A stretch of 17,897 nucleotides of DNA from an uncultured delta proteobacterium (GTDB lineage: Bacteria > Desulfobacterota > Desulfobacteria > Desulfobacterales > JAHEIW01). The stretch spans positions 1 to 17,897 of the forward strand of contig CAVPNL010000020.1 in the NCBI GenBank assembly GCA_963706575.1, given 5' to 3'. Below the pieces are notes generated by a model. It was not told the DNA's origin. It did no database searches and saw only the letters and a list, made by a program, of their open reading frames with translations. This document shows, in pieces, positions 6,657-16,033 of the stretch (position 1 is its first letter; each line of letters opens with the position of its first letter). A program made the position numbers and the translations under genes.

Positions 6657-8115
6657 ACAAGTTTGGTTTTTTTTTGTGAAAATCCGTAGCCTGTTCGAAA
6701 TTATAGGCCACTTTAAAAAGCATCTCTTCGTTAAAATGCTTGCCCATTAATTGCAGCCCGATGGGAAGGCCCTGTTTTGAAAATCCACAGGGGATCGACA
6801 TACCGGGGATCCCGGCCAGGTTTGCCGAAATGGTGAAAATGTCCGACAGGTACATTGTCAGCGGGTCATCAACCTTCTCACCGATTTTAAATGCCGGCGT
6901 GGGCGCCACCGGGCATAACAGCACATCGCATTTTTCAAACGCTTTGGCAAAATCCTCCATGATCAAAGTCCGCACCTGGGAGGCTTTGCCGTAATAAGCA
7001 TCGTAATAGCCGGCCGAAAGGCAGTAGGTCCCGATAACGATGCGCCGCTGAACTTCGGGACCGAAACCATGAGAGCGCGTGCTGCGGTACATTTTAATCA
7101 TGTCGGTTTGATTTTTGTCCCGCATGCCGTATTTAACGCCATCGTAGCGCGCCAGATTTGAGCTTGCCTCTGAGGGCGCAATCACATAGTATACGGCCAC
7201 AGCATATTCGGTATGCGGCAGGGACACCTCCATTTTTTCAGCACCCAGATCCTCGATCACCTTGACAGCGCTATCGACTGCCGCCGACACTTCGGAATCG
7301 ATTCCCTCAGTGGCGTTGTACTCTCTGGGGATACCCACCCGGACGCCGTTTAATCCCTTTTGTAAAGCAGCGGTATAATCAGGCACCACCCGGGAAACGG
7401 ACGTAGAATCTGCAGGATCATAACCGGCAATTGTCTTGAGCATTATGGCGCAATCCGAGACATTCTTTGCCAGGGGCCCGACTTGATCCAGAGAGGATGC
7501 AAACGCCACCAGTCCGTATCGGGATACCCGTCCGTAGGTCGGCTTCATGCCCACCGTGCTGCAATATGACGCCGGCTGCCGGATGGACCCTCCCGTATCC
7601 GAGCCTAAAGCGCCCAGGCACATATCGGCGGCAACCGCAGCTGCCGAGCCACCGCTGGATCCGCCCGGCACATAGGCCAGATCCCAGGGGTTGCGGGTAA
7701 TTTTGTAACCCGAGTTTTCGGTGGACGAGCCCATGGCAAATTCATCCATGTTTGCTTTACCGGCAATTACCACCCCCGCTTTGTTGAGTTTGCCGATTAC
7801 CGTGGCATTATAGGGCGGCACAAAATTTTCAAGAATTTTAGAGCCGCATGTCGTTGGCACGCCCCGGGTGCAGATGACATCTTTGATGGCAAGCGGAATT
7901 CCGGTCAACGACTCACAATGACCGCTGGCAATCTTTTGATCTGCTTCTTTCGCCTGTTCCATTGCAGTTTTTTCCGAGATCGTAATAAACGCATCAACTT
8001 TTCCTTCCACTGTGTCAATGCGATCCAATACCGCGCGGGTTAACTCCACCGAAGATATTTCTTTGGTTTTTAATAACCGGTGAGCCTTTTCTATTGTTAA
8101 CTCAAATAATTCCAT
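6655..8115 (-). CDS. gatA: Asp-tRNA(Asn)/Glu-tRNA(Gln) amidotransferase subunit A
   Basis: Amidase signature [66 protein letters not shown]. Confidence 0.98.
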   Translation of the reverse strand: MELFELTIEKAHRLLKTKEISSVELTRAVLDRIDTVEGKVDAFITISEKTAMEQAKEADQKIASGHCESLTGIPLAIKDVICTRGVPTTCGSKILENFVPPYNATVIGKLNKAGVVIAGKANMDEFAMGSSTENSGYKITRNPWDLAYVPGGSSGGSAAAVAADMCLGALGSDTGGSIRQPASYCSTVGMKPTYGRVSRYGLVAFASSLDQVGPLAKNVSDCAIMLKTIAGYDPADSTSVSRVVPDYTAALQKGLNGVRVGIPREYNATEGIDSEVSAAVDSAVKVIEDLGAEKMEVSLPHTEYAVAVYYVIAPSEASSNLARYDGVKYGMRDKNQTDMIKMYRSTRSHGFGPEVQRRIVIGTYCLSAGYYDAYYGKASQVRTLIMEDFAKAFEKCDVLLCPVAPTPAFKIGEKVDDPLTMYLSDIFTISANLAGIPGMSIPCGFSKQGLPIGLQLMGKHFNEEMLFKVAYNFEQATDFHKKKPNL

Positions 8116-8152
8116 AATACCTTTTCGTTTTTTTCTTTTAACAATATTTTGT

Positions 8153-8298
8153 ATGATGCGTTTGAAAAAGGTTCATTTTGTTCAATTTCAAGGAAAGCGA
8201 GGATTTTAACCACAGGCATACTTGGTTGTATGTCGAGGATTAAAACCGGAGCTTGACACAGAAATTGGGCAAAAGGGGGCCTTTTTCAAATGCATCAT
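8153..8298. mobile_element. 146-bp MITE-like element between gatC and gatA
   Basis: Left end ATGATGCGTTTGAAAAAGGTTCATTTTGTTCAATTTC versus reverse complement of right end ATGATGCATTTGAAAAAGGCCCCCTTTTGCCCAATTTC; inner palindrome TTTTAA..CATAC..GTATG..TTAAAA. Confidence 0.75.
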
Positions 8299-8582
8299 CC
8301 GACGATCTTGGGAACCACAAATTGCCCATCTTCCTCTTCCGGGGCATTTGCCAGTGCCAGCCCACGCTCAATCGGTTCCTTTTTTTCGTCGTCGCGAAAG
8401 GCATTGGTCAGAGAGATGGCGTGCGAGGTTGGTTTTATGCCTTTGGTATCGACCTGGTTCAATTTTTCAATATAGCCCAGTATTTCGTCAATTTGACCGG
8501 CGAACTTCTCGATGGATTCCTCAGCCAGATCCAAACGCGCGAGGTGGGCAACGTATAGCACCTCTTCTTTGGTTATTTTCAT
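8295..8582 (-). CDS. gatC: Asp-tRNA(Asn)/Glu-tRNA(Gln) amidotransferase subunit C
   Basis: MKITKEEVLYVAHLARL...LNQVDTKGIKPTSH...NAFRDDE...LANAPEEEDGQFVVPKIV; start taken at ATG 8582 after AAGGAC. Confidence 0.95.
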   Translation of the reverse strand: MKITKEEVLYVAHLARLDLAEESIEKFAGQIDEILGYIEKLNQVDTKGIKPTSHAISLTNAFRDDEKKEPIERGLALANAPEEEDGQFVVPKIVG

Positions 8583-8652
8583 GTCCTTAAACCGCCTTTT
8601 GTCATTCACCTTCTAATATCGTGCTTTAGTATTCGAAAAAAGTTGAATTCAC

Positions 8653-8769
8653 CGAGTGTTTTGTGTTTCGTATTTGGTGTTTAGTATGAAATATAGGATC
8701 CTAAATCGGCATGTTCGATTACTAAACACTAAACACCAAACACTAAAAAATAAATACAAAACACACTCG
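8653..8769. repeat. Gene-less copy of the TGTTTNG/CNAAACA inverted heptamer element
   Basis: CGAGTGTTTTGTGTTTCGTATTTGGTGTTTAGTA (8653-8686), 33-nt spacer, TACTAAACACTAAACACCAAACACTAAAAAATAAATACAAAACACACTCG (8720-8769). Confidence 0.9.
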
Positions 8770-8818
8770 TAAAAAGACTGCGTTTATGACCGATATGACA
8801 TCGTCAACGTAGCGAAAG

Positions 8819-9598
8819 TCACTGCATTACCAGAATGGGTTTCATACCATCCTTTTTTAATTTATTCATCATGCTCTGCGCTTCAGATTTGCTCTGATAC
8901 TCTCCGATTCTGACCCGGAACCAGATCCCTTTTCCGGCAACCTTCCCGATCACCCGATAGGCCGGATAGCCGCTTTTTTTTAATTTTTGGACCAGTCGAT
9001 CCGCATCCTTGGGGTCTCTAACGGAAGCTGCCTGAATGGTGTATACAGGTCCTTTAGCGTTTGTCCGGACAACGGCCGCAGCTTTTTCCTTTTCCTCTGT
9101 TGGCTTTTTGATTTGAGAACTTGCGGCCGGTTCCGGTTTTTGCGGCCCTGCTATTTGAGAATCGGATTTTGGAGATGCCGGTTTGGGGGCAGTCTCCTTT
9201 TTCGGCTCTTGCGGAACGGTTTTTTCAGCCGGTTTTTCAATTTTGTCTTTGACCGCCTCCGGCTTTTTCAGTGCCGGAATATCCGGGTCTACTTTGTTTT
9301 CTTTGAGCGCTTCATAAAATTCGAGCTTGGTTTTATCCTTTACGGTAACCGGCGTATTTGGTGCCGGTGCTTTTCTCTGATCACCGCCATCATCCTCTTC
9401 AGGGGCTTCTAATTTTTTTTCAAGTGCGGCAATATCAAATTTGACCGGGGCCGTGCCTCTGCCGACCAATATTCCCAGTATAAACATCCAGGCGCACAGA
9501 AAAAAAATGATCAAAAACCATCCGGCAATTTTTCGGCGTGACAGGACATAAAAGGGTTTCTTAAATTCCGTCTCTTTGCGTTTGTTTTTTTTTCTCAT
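8819..9598 (-). CDS. SPOR-domain membrane-anchored cell division protein (FtsN/DedD-like)
   Basis: Basic N-terminus, one TM helix (FLIIFFLCAWMFILGILVGRG), LEFYEAL motif, Pro/Lys/Glu linker, C-terminal SPOR domain (YTIQAAS...WFRVRIG). The argS-SPOR gene order is common. Start taken at ATG 9598. Confidence 0.88.
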   Translation of the reverse strand: MRKKNKRKETEFKKPFYVLSRRKIAGWFLIIFFLCAWMFILGILVGRGTAPVKFDIAALEKKLEAPEEDDGGDQRKAPAPNTPVTVKDKTKLEFYEALKENKVDPDIPALKKPEAVKDKIEKPAEKTVPQEPKKETAPKPASPKSDSQIAGPQKPEPAASSQIKKPTEEKEKAAAVVRTNAKGPVYTIQAASVRDPKDADRLVQKLKKSGYPAYRVIGKVAGKGIWFRVRIGEYQSKSEAQSMMNKLKKDGMKPILVMQ

Positions 9599-9615
9599 CG
9601 TTGTTTTATGTTGTC

Positions 9616-9677
9616 TCGTGGCTGGAAGCCACTCCCACAAATCATCAATAAGCGGTGTGAGCGGCATCTTGCCGCGA
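9616..9677. repeat. GTGG-type REP doublet between argS and the SPOR gene
   Basis: TCGTGGCTGGAAGCCACTCCCACA (9616-9639; reverse complement TGTGGGAGTGGCTTCCAGCCACGA) and the degenerate inverted partner TGTGAGCGGCATCTTGCCGCGA (9656-9677). Confidence 0.8.
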
Positions 9678-9718
9678 AAACAGTCTCGCTACGCCACCGA
9701 CGGACTTGCGGTAAGATT

Positions 9719-11383
9719 CTACATGCGATCAGGGGCAGATACGCCCAAAAGCGTCAAGCCGTTTCTGATAACCTTCTGGACCGCTAAAACAAGATTGAGT
9801 CGGCCGCAGCGCAGCAAGGGGTCATCGGTTAAAACCCGGTGTTTATTGTAGTAGGTATGAAAAGCCGATGCAAGCTCCATCAAATAATAGGTAACCCGAT
9901 GCGGCTCCATATTTCTGGCGCTGCCCGCCAGGATATCCGGATAGCGCGCCAGGGCTTTTATCAGATCAATTTCCTCCGGCGCTTCCAGGCGTGCCACGGC
10001 CTTATCATCCCAGGAAACCTCGCAGGCGCCCCGTTCGTTTCCCTTGCGCACGATGCTTGAGATGCGGGCATGCACATATTGAACATAATAAACCGGATTA
10101 TCGTTGGTTTTTTGCCTGGCGACTTCCAGATCAAAATCAAGCGCACTTTCATAATGACGGGTTAAAAAGATAAAGCGCGCGGCATCCCGGCCCACTTCGT
10201 TGATCACCTCCCGCAGGGTCTCGAATTTGCCGGCCCGGGTCGACATGGCAACCGGCTGCCCGGCTCTGAGCAGATTCACCAGCTGCACCAAAATGACATC
10301 AAACTGATCCCGCCGATGCCCGGAGGCTTCAACAGCTGCTTTCATCCGGGGAATGTAACCATGATGATCCGCTCCCCAGACGTCGACCACCCGTTCAAAC
10401 CCACGGTCATACTTATCCTGATGGTAGGCAATGTCGGAGGCAAAATAAGTGGTTTCCCCATTGGCTTTGACGACCACACGATCCTTTTCATCACCGAACT
10501 CGCTGGTTTTAAACCACAGGGCCCCCTCTTTTTCATAAACAATCTGCTGTTTGCGAAAATTATCAAGAATCTCATCCACGCGGCCGGAATCATATAAGCT
10601 CTGCTCACTGAACCAGCAGTCAAATTCCACCCCGAATAATTTTAAATCGTCGCGAATGCCGTCCAGTATTTTCCCGGCTGCAAAGCGCGCGCATTTCACA
10701 ATGGCGTCTTGTTCCGGTTCGCTTAAAAGGGCAGCGCCTTTTTGAGTTTTGATGTCGGCGGCCAGATCACGAATATAATCCCCCTGATAGCATTCATCCG
10801 GGAATTTGACTTTTTGGCCGCACAGCTCCTGGTAACGCAGAAAAACCGATAGACCCAGGGTCCGGATCTGCCGGCCCGAATCGTTTATATAATATTCTTT
10901 TTGGACATCATAGCCGCAAAAGGAAAGAATATTGGCAACCGCGTCACCCACGGCTGCACCGCGGCCATGTCCGACATGCAGCGGACCGGTGGGGTTGGAA
11001 CTGACATATTCGACCTGAAATTTTTGGCCTTTACCGATATCGGTTGCACCGTAGGCGGTGTCGGCTTCATGGATCTCGCGCAAAACCGGGTGCCAGGCGG
11101 CTGGTTTGACAAAAAAATTAATAAACCCCGGCCCGGCAATCTCCGTCTTCTCAATCAATTCCTGCGGATCTTGAATGTGAGCAATGATGGCTTCCGCAAT
11201 TTTGCGCGGCGCCATTTTTTGAATGGATGCCATCACCATGGCAATATTGCTTGAAAAATCACCGTGGGCGTCAGCCCGTGGCTCTTCAACCTCAACCTCG
11301 GAAATGTCAGCTGACGGCAAATCTCCTTTTTCATAGGCGCTTTTAGCCGCACTGAGAATTAGATCATGTATTTTCTGTTTCAT
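9719..11383 (-). CDS. argS: Arginine--tRNA ligase
   Basis: [23 protein letters not shown] motif [54 protein letters not shown]. Start is probably MKQKI (ATG 11383); the longer ORF runs through repeat DNA. Confidence 0.97.
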   Translation of the reverse strand: MKQKIHDLILSAAKSAYEKGDLPSADISEVEVEEPRADAHGDFSSNIAMVMASIQKMAPRKIAEAIIAHIQDPQELIEKTEIAGPGFINFFVKPAAWHPVLREIHEADTAYGATDIGKGQKFQVEYVSSNPTGPLHVGHGRGAAVGDAVANILSFCGYDVQKEYYINDSGRQIRTLGLSVFLRYQELCGQKVKFPDECYQGDYIRDLAADIKTQKGAALLSEPEQDAIVKCARFAAGKILDGIRDDLKLFGVEFDCWFSEQSLYDSGRVDEILDNFRKQQIVYEKEGALWFKTSEFGDEKDRVVVKANGETTYFASDIAYHQDKYDRGFERVVDVWGADHHGYIPRMKAAVEASGHRRDQFDVILVQLVNLLRAGQPVAMSTRAGKFETLREVINEVGRDAARFIFLTRHYESALDFDLEVARQKTNDNPVYYVQYVHARISSIVRKGNERGACEVSWDDKAVARLEAPEEIDLIKALARYPDILAGSARNMEPHRVTYYLMELASAFHTYYNKHRVLTDDPLLRCGRLNLVLAVQKVIRNGLTLLGVSAPDRM

Positions 11384-11467
11384 ATTGCGTGATAGATAAA
11401 GACTTTTGCAGACCAAGTCAAGATGCTTTGCCCGGGTATGGCAATTCTCGGCGAGCTGCCCAGCGTT

Positions 11468-11548
11468 AAGATTGCTTCGCTTCGCTCGCAATGACCCGCA
11501 AATGTCTCGCACTGTCATTGCGAGGAGCGTAAGCGACGAAGCAATCTT
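11468..11548. repeat. GTCATTGCGAG-type palindromic doublet upstream of argS
   Basis: AAGATTGCTTCGCTTCGCTCGCAATGAC (11468-11495) and GTCATTGCGAGGAGCGTAAGCGACGAAGCAATCTT (11514-11548) are complementary at both ends. Confidence 0.85.
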
Positions 11549-11752
11549 TTGCTTAATTCCATCGAAAATTTCCGACCCGGACACGGTATTAAACCGTACG
11601 GTTGCGCTAAAATTGCGGATTCATAAATTTTATTTGCTTGATAGCACTTAAATGATAAGTTTCAGCACCTTAAAAGCCAGAGAATTTTATTTTTTCGGAC
11701 GATCAACTCAAAGAAAATCTGACCGAAAAACTTATCATACGAGGAAAACCAA

Positions 11753-12805
11753 GTGGGTCTTAAACAAAAACGTGTTCTGGTTACCGGCGCCTGCGGAACG
11801 GTTGGCAGAGAATTGATTCGTCAGCTTCTGGAACAGCATCAACCGGACGAACTTGTTGGCCTTGATAACAATGAAAGTGAGCTTTTTGCCCTCGAACAGC
11901 AGTTTGCCGAATATGGCCATGCAAATTTCTTTTTAGCCGATGTTCGCGATCGGGACCGGCTAAACGATAAAATGAAGGGCATCGATTGGGTGTTTCATAC
12001 AGCGGCGTTTAAGCACGTCCTGCAGTGTGAGCGGTCCCCTTTTGAAGCGGTGCAGACCAATATTCTGGGGGTTCAAAACATCATATACGCGGCTATCGAA
12101 AACAATGTTGAGCGGGTTATTTTTACCAGCTCGGATAAAGCCGTCAATCCGACAAATGTCATGGGAACATCAAAACTGATGGGCGAACGCCTAATCACCG
12201 CCGCAAACAGCAACCTGCGGGGCGACGGACCAATCTTTACATCCACCCGCTTTGGTAATGTACTCGGTTCCCGTGGCTCGGTGATCCCCATTTTTCGGGA
12301 CCAAATCCGGCGCGGCGGACCGGTCACATTGACCGATCCGGAAATGACCCGCTTTATTATGAGCATCGAAGAAGCGGTCCAGCTGGTCATCGATTCCGGT
12401 ATCCTGTGTCGCGGAGGAGAGGTGTTCGTCACCAAGATGCCGGCCATTCGCATACAGGATTTGGCCGACGTCATGGTCGAAAAGCTGGCCCCGGTCTATG
12501 GTCACCGGGCCGGAGATATCGAAATCAAAATTATCGGCCACCAACCGGGGGAAAAGCTATACGAAGAACTCTTAAACACGGAAGAAACCAGACGCTCATG
12601 GGAGTTGGCACGTTATTTTGTGGTACTTCCGGCCTTCAGGGAAATTTATCGCGATATTGCTTTCGAATACCCGGACCTGACATCAAAGGAAGTCACCCGT
12701 GCGTACCATTCAGGCACTGAAATACCCCTATCAAAATCCAAGCTTGCTGCGTTTCTGGAAAAAAACAAACTTCTTGAATCTGGAATGGCGGAATATTGGG
12801 GTTAG
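11753..12805 (+). CDS. NAD-dependent nucleotide-sugar 4,6-dehydratase/epimerase (Polysacc_synt_2; PseB/CapD-like)
   Basis: VLVTGACGTVG, FHTAAFKHV, SSDKAVNPTNVMGTSK, TRFGNVLGSRGSVIP, MTRF, PGEKLYEEL; GAGG RBS before the GTG start. Confidence 0.92.
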   Translation: MGLKQKRVLVTGACGTVGRELIRQLLEQHQPDELVGLDNNESELFALEQQFAEYGHANFFLADVRDRDRLNDKMKGIDWVFHTAAFKHVLQCERSPFEAVQTNILGVQNIIYAAIENNVERVIFTSSDKAVNPTNVMGTSKLMGERLITAANSNLRGDGPIFTSTRFGNVLGSRGSVIPIFRDQIRRGGPVTLTDPEMTRFIMSIEEAVQLVIDSGILCRGGEVFVTKMPAIRIQDLADVMVEKLAPVYGHRAGDIEIKIIGHQPGEKLYEELLNTEETRRSWELARYFVVLPAFREIYRDIAFEYPDLTSKEVTRAYHSGTEIPLSKSKLAAFLEKNKLLESGMAEYWG

Positions 12806-12808
12806 TTT

Positions 12809-13957
12809 ATGAGGATACTCATATTAGGCGGGGACGGATACCTGGGATGGCCCACGGCCATGAATCTGTCTGCGAACGGTCACCAAGTCGCCGTGGCGGA
12901 TAATTACTTGCGCCGCAGACTATGCCGCGAAGAAAACGTGATGCCCCTTTTTGATGTGCCGGACCTTATGGAACGGGCCGCCATCTGGAAATCGCAATCC
13001 GGCAGTGAAATTCAAGTATTTAGCGGCGACCTGGCCGAATGGGACTTTATAGCAGACGTTTTTAAAAAATTTAACCCGCAGGCTGTTGTACATTATGCCG
13101 AACAGCCCTCGGCGCCCTATTCGATGCTTAATCGCCAGGCGGCGACACTGACGCTGCGTAACAATTTATCGGTTACCGGCAACGTCATTTTTGCCGTGCG
13201 TGAATTTTGTCCGGATGCACACACTGTTAAACTGGGCACCATGGGCGAATACGGCACTCCCAATATCGACATAGAGGAAGGTTGGCTGGAAGTTGAGCAC
13301 AAAGGCCGGCAACACAAGTTTTTATATCCACGGCAGGCCGGCAGTCTGTATCATACTACCAAAATCATGGACACTGATCTGTTGTGGTTCTACGTCCGGA
13401 CCTGGGGGTTGCGGGTAACCGACCTGATGCAGGGTCCGGTCTACGGCCTTTTTACCGATGAAGCCCAAAAAGATGAACGCCTGCTGCCTTTTTTTAGTTA
13501 TGACGAAATTTTCGGAACCGTGCTGAATCGATTCGTGGTGCAGGCGGTGGTCGGGTATCCCCTTACGGTCTATGGTGAAGGCGGTCAAACCCGGGGCTAT
13601 TTAAACATTAAAGACACTCTGAATTGTGTTCGACTTTCAGTGGAAAATCCGGTCGAACCCGGCGAATTGCGCATTTTCAACCAGTTCACAGAAACTTTTA
13701 GCGTCAATGATCTGGCAGAGAAAGTCAGGGAGGCCGGCAATCAACTTAAATTAAATGTAAAAATCGATCATATTGAAAACCCCCGCATAGAGGCAGAAAC
13801 GCATTATTACAACCCCATTCACACCGGGCTGATCGACCTGGGATTAAAACCCCACTATTTATCTGAGGAAGTCCTTTTGGAAATGATGGAATTTGTCATC
13901 ACGCACAAAGGTTTAATAAATAGAGATCAAATCTGTCGAAATGTGAAATGGAATTAA
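12809..13957 (+). CDS. sqdB: UDP-sulfoquinovose synthase (SqdB/SQD1/Agl3 family)
   Basis: ILGGDGYLGWPTA, VHYAEQPSAPYSM, KLGTMGEYGTPNIDIEEG, GSLYHTTK, TDLMQGPVYG, FGTVLNRF, PLTVYGEGGQTRG, FNQFTE, NPRIEAETHYYN. Confidence 0.9.
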   Translation: MRILILGGDGYLGWPTAMNLSANGHQVAVADNYLRRRLCREENVMPLFDVPDLMERAAIWKSQSGSEIQVFSGDLAEWDFIADVFKKFNPQAVVHYAEQPSAPYSMLNRQAATLTLRNNLSVTGNVIFAVREFCPDAHTVKLGTMGEYGTPNIDIEEGWLEVEHKGRQHKFLYPRQAGSLYHTTKIMDTDLLWFYVRTWGLRVTDLMQGPVYGLFTDEAQKDERLLPFFSYDEIFGTVLNRFVVQAVVGYPLTVYGEGGQTRGYLNIKDTLNCVRLSVENPVEPGELRIFNQFTETFSVNDLAEKVREAGNQLKLNVKIDHIENPRIEAETHYYNPIHTGLIDLGLKPHYLSEEVLLEMMEFVITHKGLINRDQICRNVKWN

Positions 13958-14011
13958 CAAAAGATCAAAACAAAAGAGCGCTGCTTAAACTTGCCATTTG
14001 GGAATTGTAAG

Positions 14012-15054
14012 ATGTCAACATTAAGAATATTGGGTTGCATGCTAGGTGTTGTAGGGTTATTTGTAACATTTTATATCTGCCGTGGCACCCGCTGGAACCG
14101 GATCAATTTTATCTTTTTTATGCTCCTGAATTTAAGCCTGATTGCCGTTACCATTAATCCCAACATTCTAAATGCGCTAAGAGATGCGCTGGCTCTGCAT
14201 AAGGCTTACCGGGGAAGAATAATTGCCCTGTTGATTGTTTCGAATATTTTCTTGCTGTTCTACATTTTCTTCACAAAACTAAAAGTAGATAATATTCATT
14301 TTCAATTCGACCGCTTGGTCCGCTCATTGGGAACAAGAGAAATTGAAAAAAGCGCTGATTTTTCCCAGCAAATGAAGCCCATTATGATCCTCATCCCTGC
14401 TTATAATGAGGCCGAAAATTTGGAGGCATTGCTGCCAAGGATCCCGAAACAAATCGAAGGCATTGATGTTGGCATTTAGTGGTCGACGATGGCAGTGATG
14501 ATGGAACTTTTTCCATAGCGGAAAGCAATGGCGCCTTTGCTGTTAAAAACCTGATCAACCGGGGCGGCGGCGCCGCATTGCGACTGGGATATGATATTTT
14601 ACGAAAAGCAGCTGTGCGCTATTGTATAACCATGGATGCCGATGGGCAGCACCGGCCGGAAGATATCGCCTATCTCATATTGCCTATTATTGAAGGACAA
14701 TATGATTGCGTGATCGGATCACGAATTCTTGGCGGTAGAGAATCCGGCAGCCGGTTAAGAATTGCGGGGGTTTATGTTTTCGGCAGAATTGTCACCACAC
14801 TGTTGGGTAAAAAGATTACCGATCCCTCCAGCGGTTTTAGGGCTTTTCGCATGGATGCTTTAAGCGCCATCGGGCTGCATGAAGACCAATATCATACCAG
14901 TGAACTAATAATTGAAGCCGTCAAACAGGGCCTGCGCATCGGCGAAGTGCCCATAACCATTTTGAGACGCAAATACGGCAAAAGTAAAAAGGGAAAAGAT
15001 CTAATCTATGGCATTCATTTTGCCCGCATCATCATTAAGACATGGTGGCGATAG
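14012..15054 (+). CDS. DUF2304-like membrane domain fused to a GT2 polyprenol-phosphate glycosyltransferase (DPM1-like), split by a 1-nt deletion at 14475-14477
   Basis: Three N-terminal TM segments, then ILIPAYNEAENL. One extra T gives GILVVDDGSDDGT, continuing to NRGGGAALRLG, TMDADGQHRPEDI, VIGSR, ITDPSSGFRAF. Confidence 0.85.
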
Positions 15055-15076
15055 GATCATTTCTTAAAAATATATT

Positions 15077-16033
15077 ATGGCTGAAAAGACAATGGGAGAT
15101 GCGTTTGTTTTTATCGTCGGTTCACCAAGATCAGGTACGACAATACTGGGAGAATTGCTGGACAAACATCATCACATCAGCCAGTGGTATGAGCCCTATT
15201 TCGTATGGGACCGATTTTTCCGGACGGCACCTGACGATGAAAGAACAGAAGCAGATGCATCACCGCAGGTCAAAAAATGGATCTACCGCAATTTTTCCAA
15301 ATATAAAACGAAGAAAAAATGTGTGGTTCTGATCGATAAATCTCCTAGAAATAGTCTCAAGATACCTTTTATTTTAAAAATATTTCCTCAAGCGAAGTTT
15401 ATACATCTATTGCGCGATGGGAGAGATGTCACACTTTCGATAAACAAAGAATGGTTGCGCAGGCAAAATATCATAAAAAATCCGCTCTCTAAAGGTCGCT
15501 TTAATTATGGGGCGGCATATCAGGTAATCCATAAGTTTTTGGGTCGTCAGCCTTTCTTAAATGATAAATTAAGGGCATTGTGGTTTGAAACCCACGGGCA
15601 TCTCATAAATAAAGAAAAACACTTAAATCGGTTGCGTTGGAGAGGTGACATCGGTTGGGGCCCCAGGTTTAAACACTGGGAGCGAATTTATGATCAATCG
15701 TCACTACTGCAATTCAATGCCTACCAATGGTTACATTGCGTAAAACGCATCGAAACGCATTGGAAATTAATTCAAAAAAACTACCGCCTCATCGTTTGCT
15801 ATGAAGACCTTATTCAAAAGCCCCGCCAAACAATTACAAAGATATTCGACTTCTTAGGTTTAAATGCTAGCAAAGCGTTCTTTGCGTCTCTCCCTGAATT
15901 AAAGGCAGATAACTTCAATAAATGGAAAGCAGGGTTCTCAAAAGAAGATTTAAAAGAAATTAGCCCTATTTTAAGCACCCAGCTTAAAAAGCTAGGTTAT
16001 GCAGAAACAGAGGAATGGATAAACGGTATCTAA
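15077..16033 (+). CDS. PAPS-dependent sulfotransferase (Sulfotransfer_3-like)
   Basis: FIVGSPRSGTTIL (5'-PSB), IDKSP, FPQAKFIHLLRDGRDVTLS (3'-PB), YEDLIQKP..IFDFLGL. Confidence 0.9.
   Translation: MAEKTMGDAFVFIVGSPRSGTTILGELLDKHHHISQWYEPYFVWDRFFRTAPDDERTEADASPQVKKWIYRNFSKYKTKKKCVVLIDKSPRNSLKIPFILKIFPQAKFIHLLRDGRDVTLSINKEWLRRQNIIKNPLSKGRFNYGAAYQVIHKFLGRQPFLNDKLRALWFETHGHLINKEKHLNRLRWRGDIGWGPRFKHWERIYDQSSLLQFNAYQWLHCVKRIETHWKLIQKNYRLIVCYEDLIQKPRQTITKIFDFLGLNASKAFFASLPELKADNFNKWKAGFSKEDLKEISPILSTQLKKLGYAETEEWINGI

Noticed and set aside
5906..8769. CRISPR array or DGR suggested by the repeats and the Avd-like gene
   Set aside because: There is no repeat-spacer periodicity, no cas genes, no reverse transcriptase and no TR/VR pair in the window.
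11393..11421. Promoter giving a near-leaderless argS transcript (TTGACT-17-TATCTA)
   Set aside because: The -10 lacks the conserved final T. Plausible given the missing SD, but too weak to call.
11384..11584. N-terminal extension of ArgS in the ORF track
   Set aside because: It translates palindromic repeat DNA; ArgS similarity begins at MKQKI.
14475..14477. Programmed frameshift or true pseudogene in the GT2
   Set aside because: Single T missing from a short T run with both halves otherwise intact; same pattern as mutL and the TMTC-like gene, so most likely a sequencing or assembly indel.
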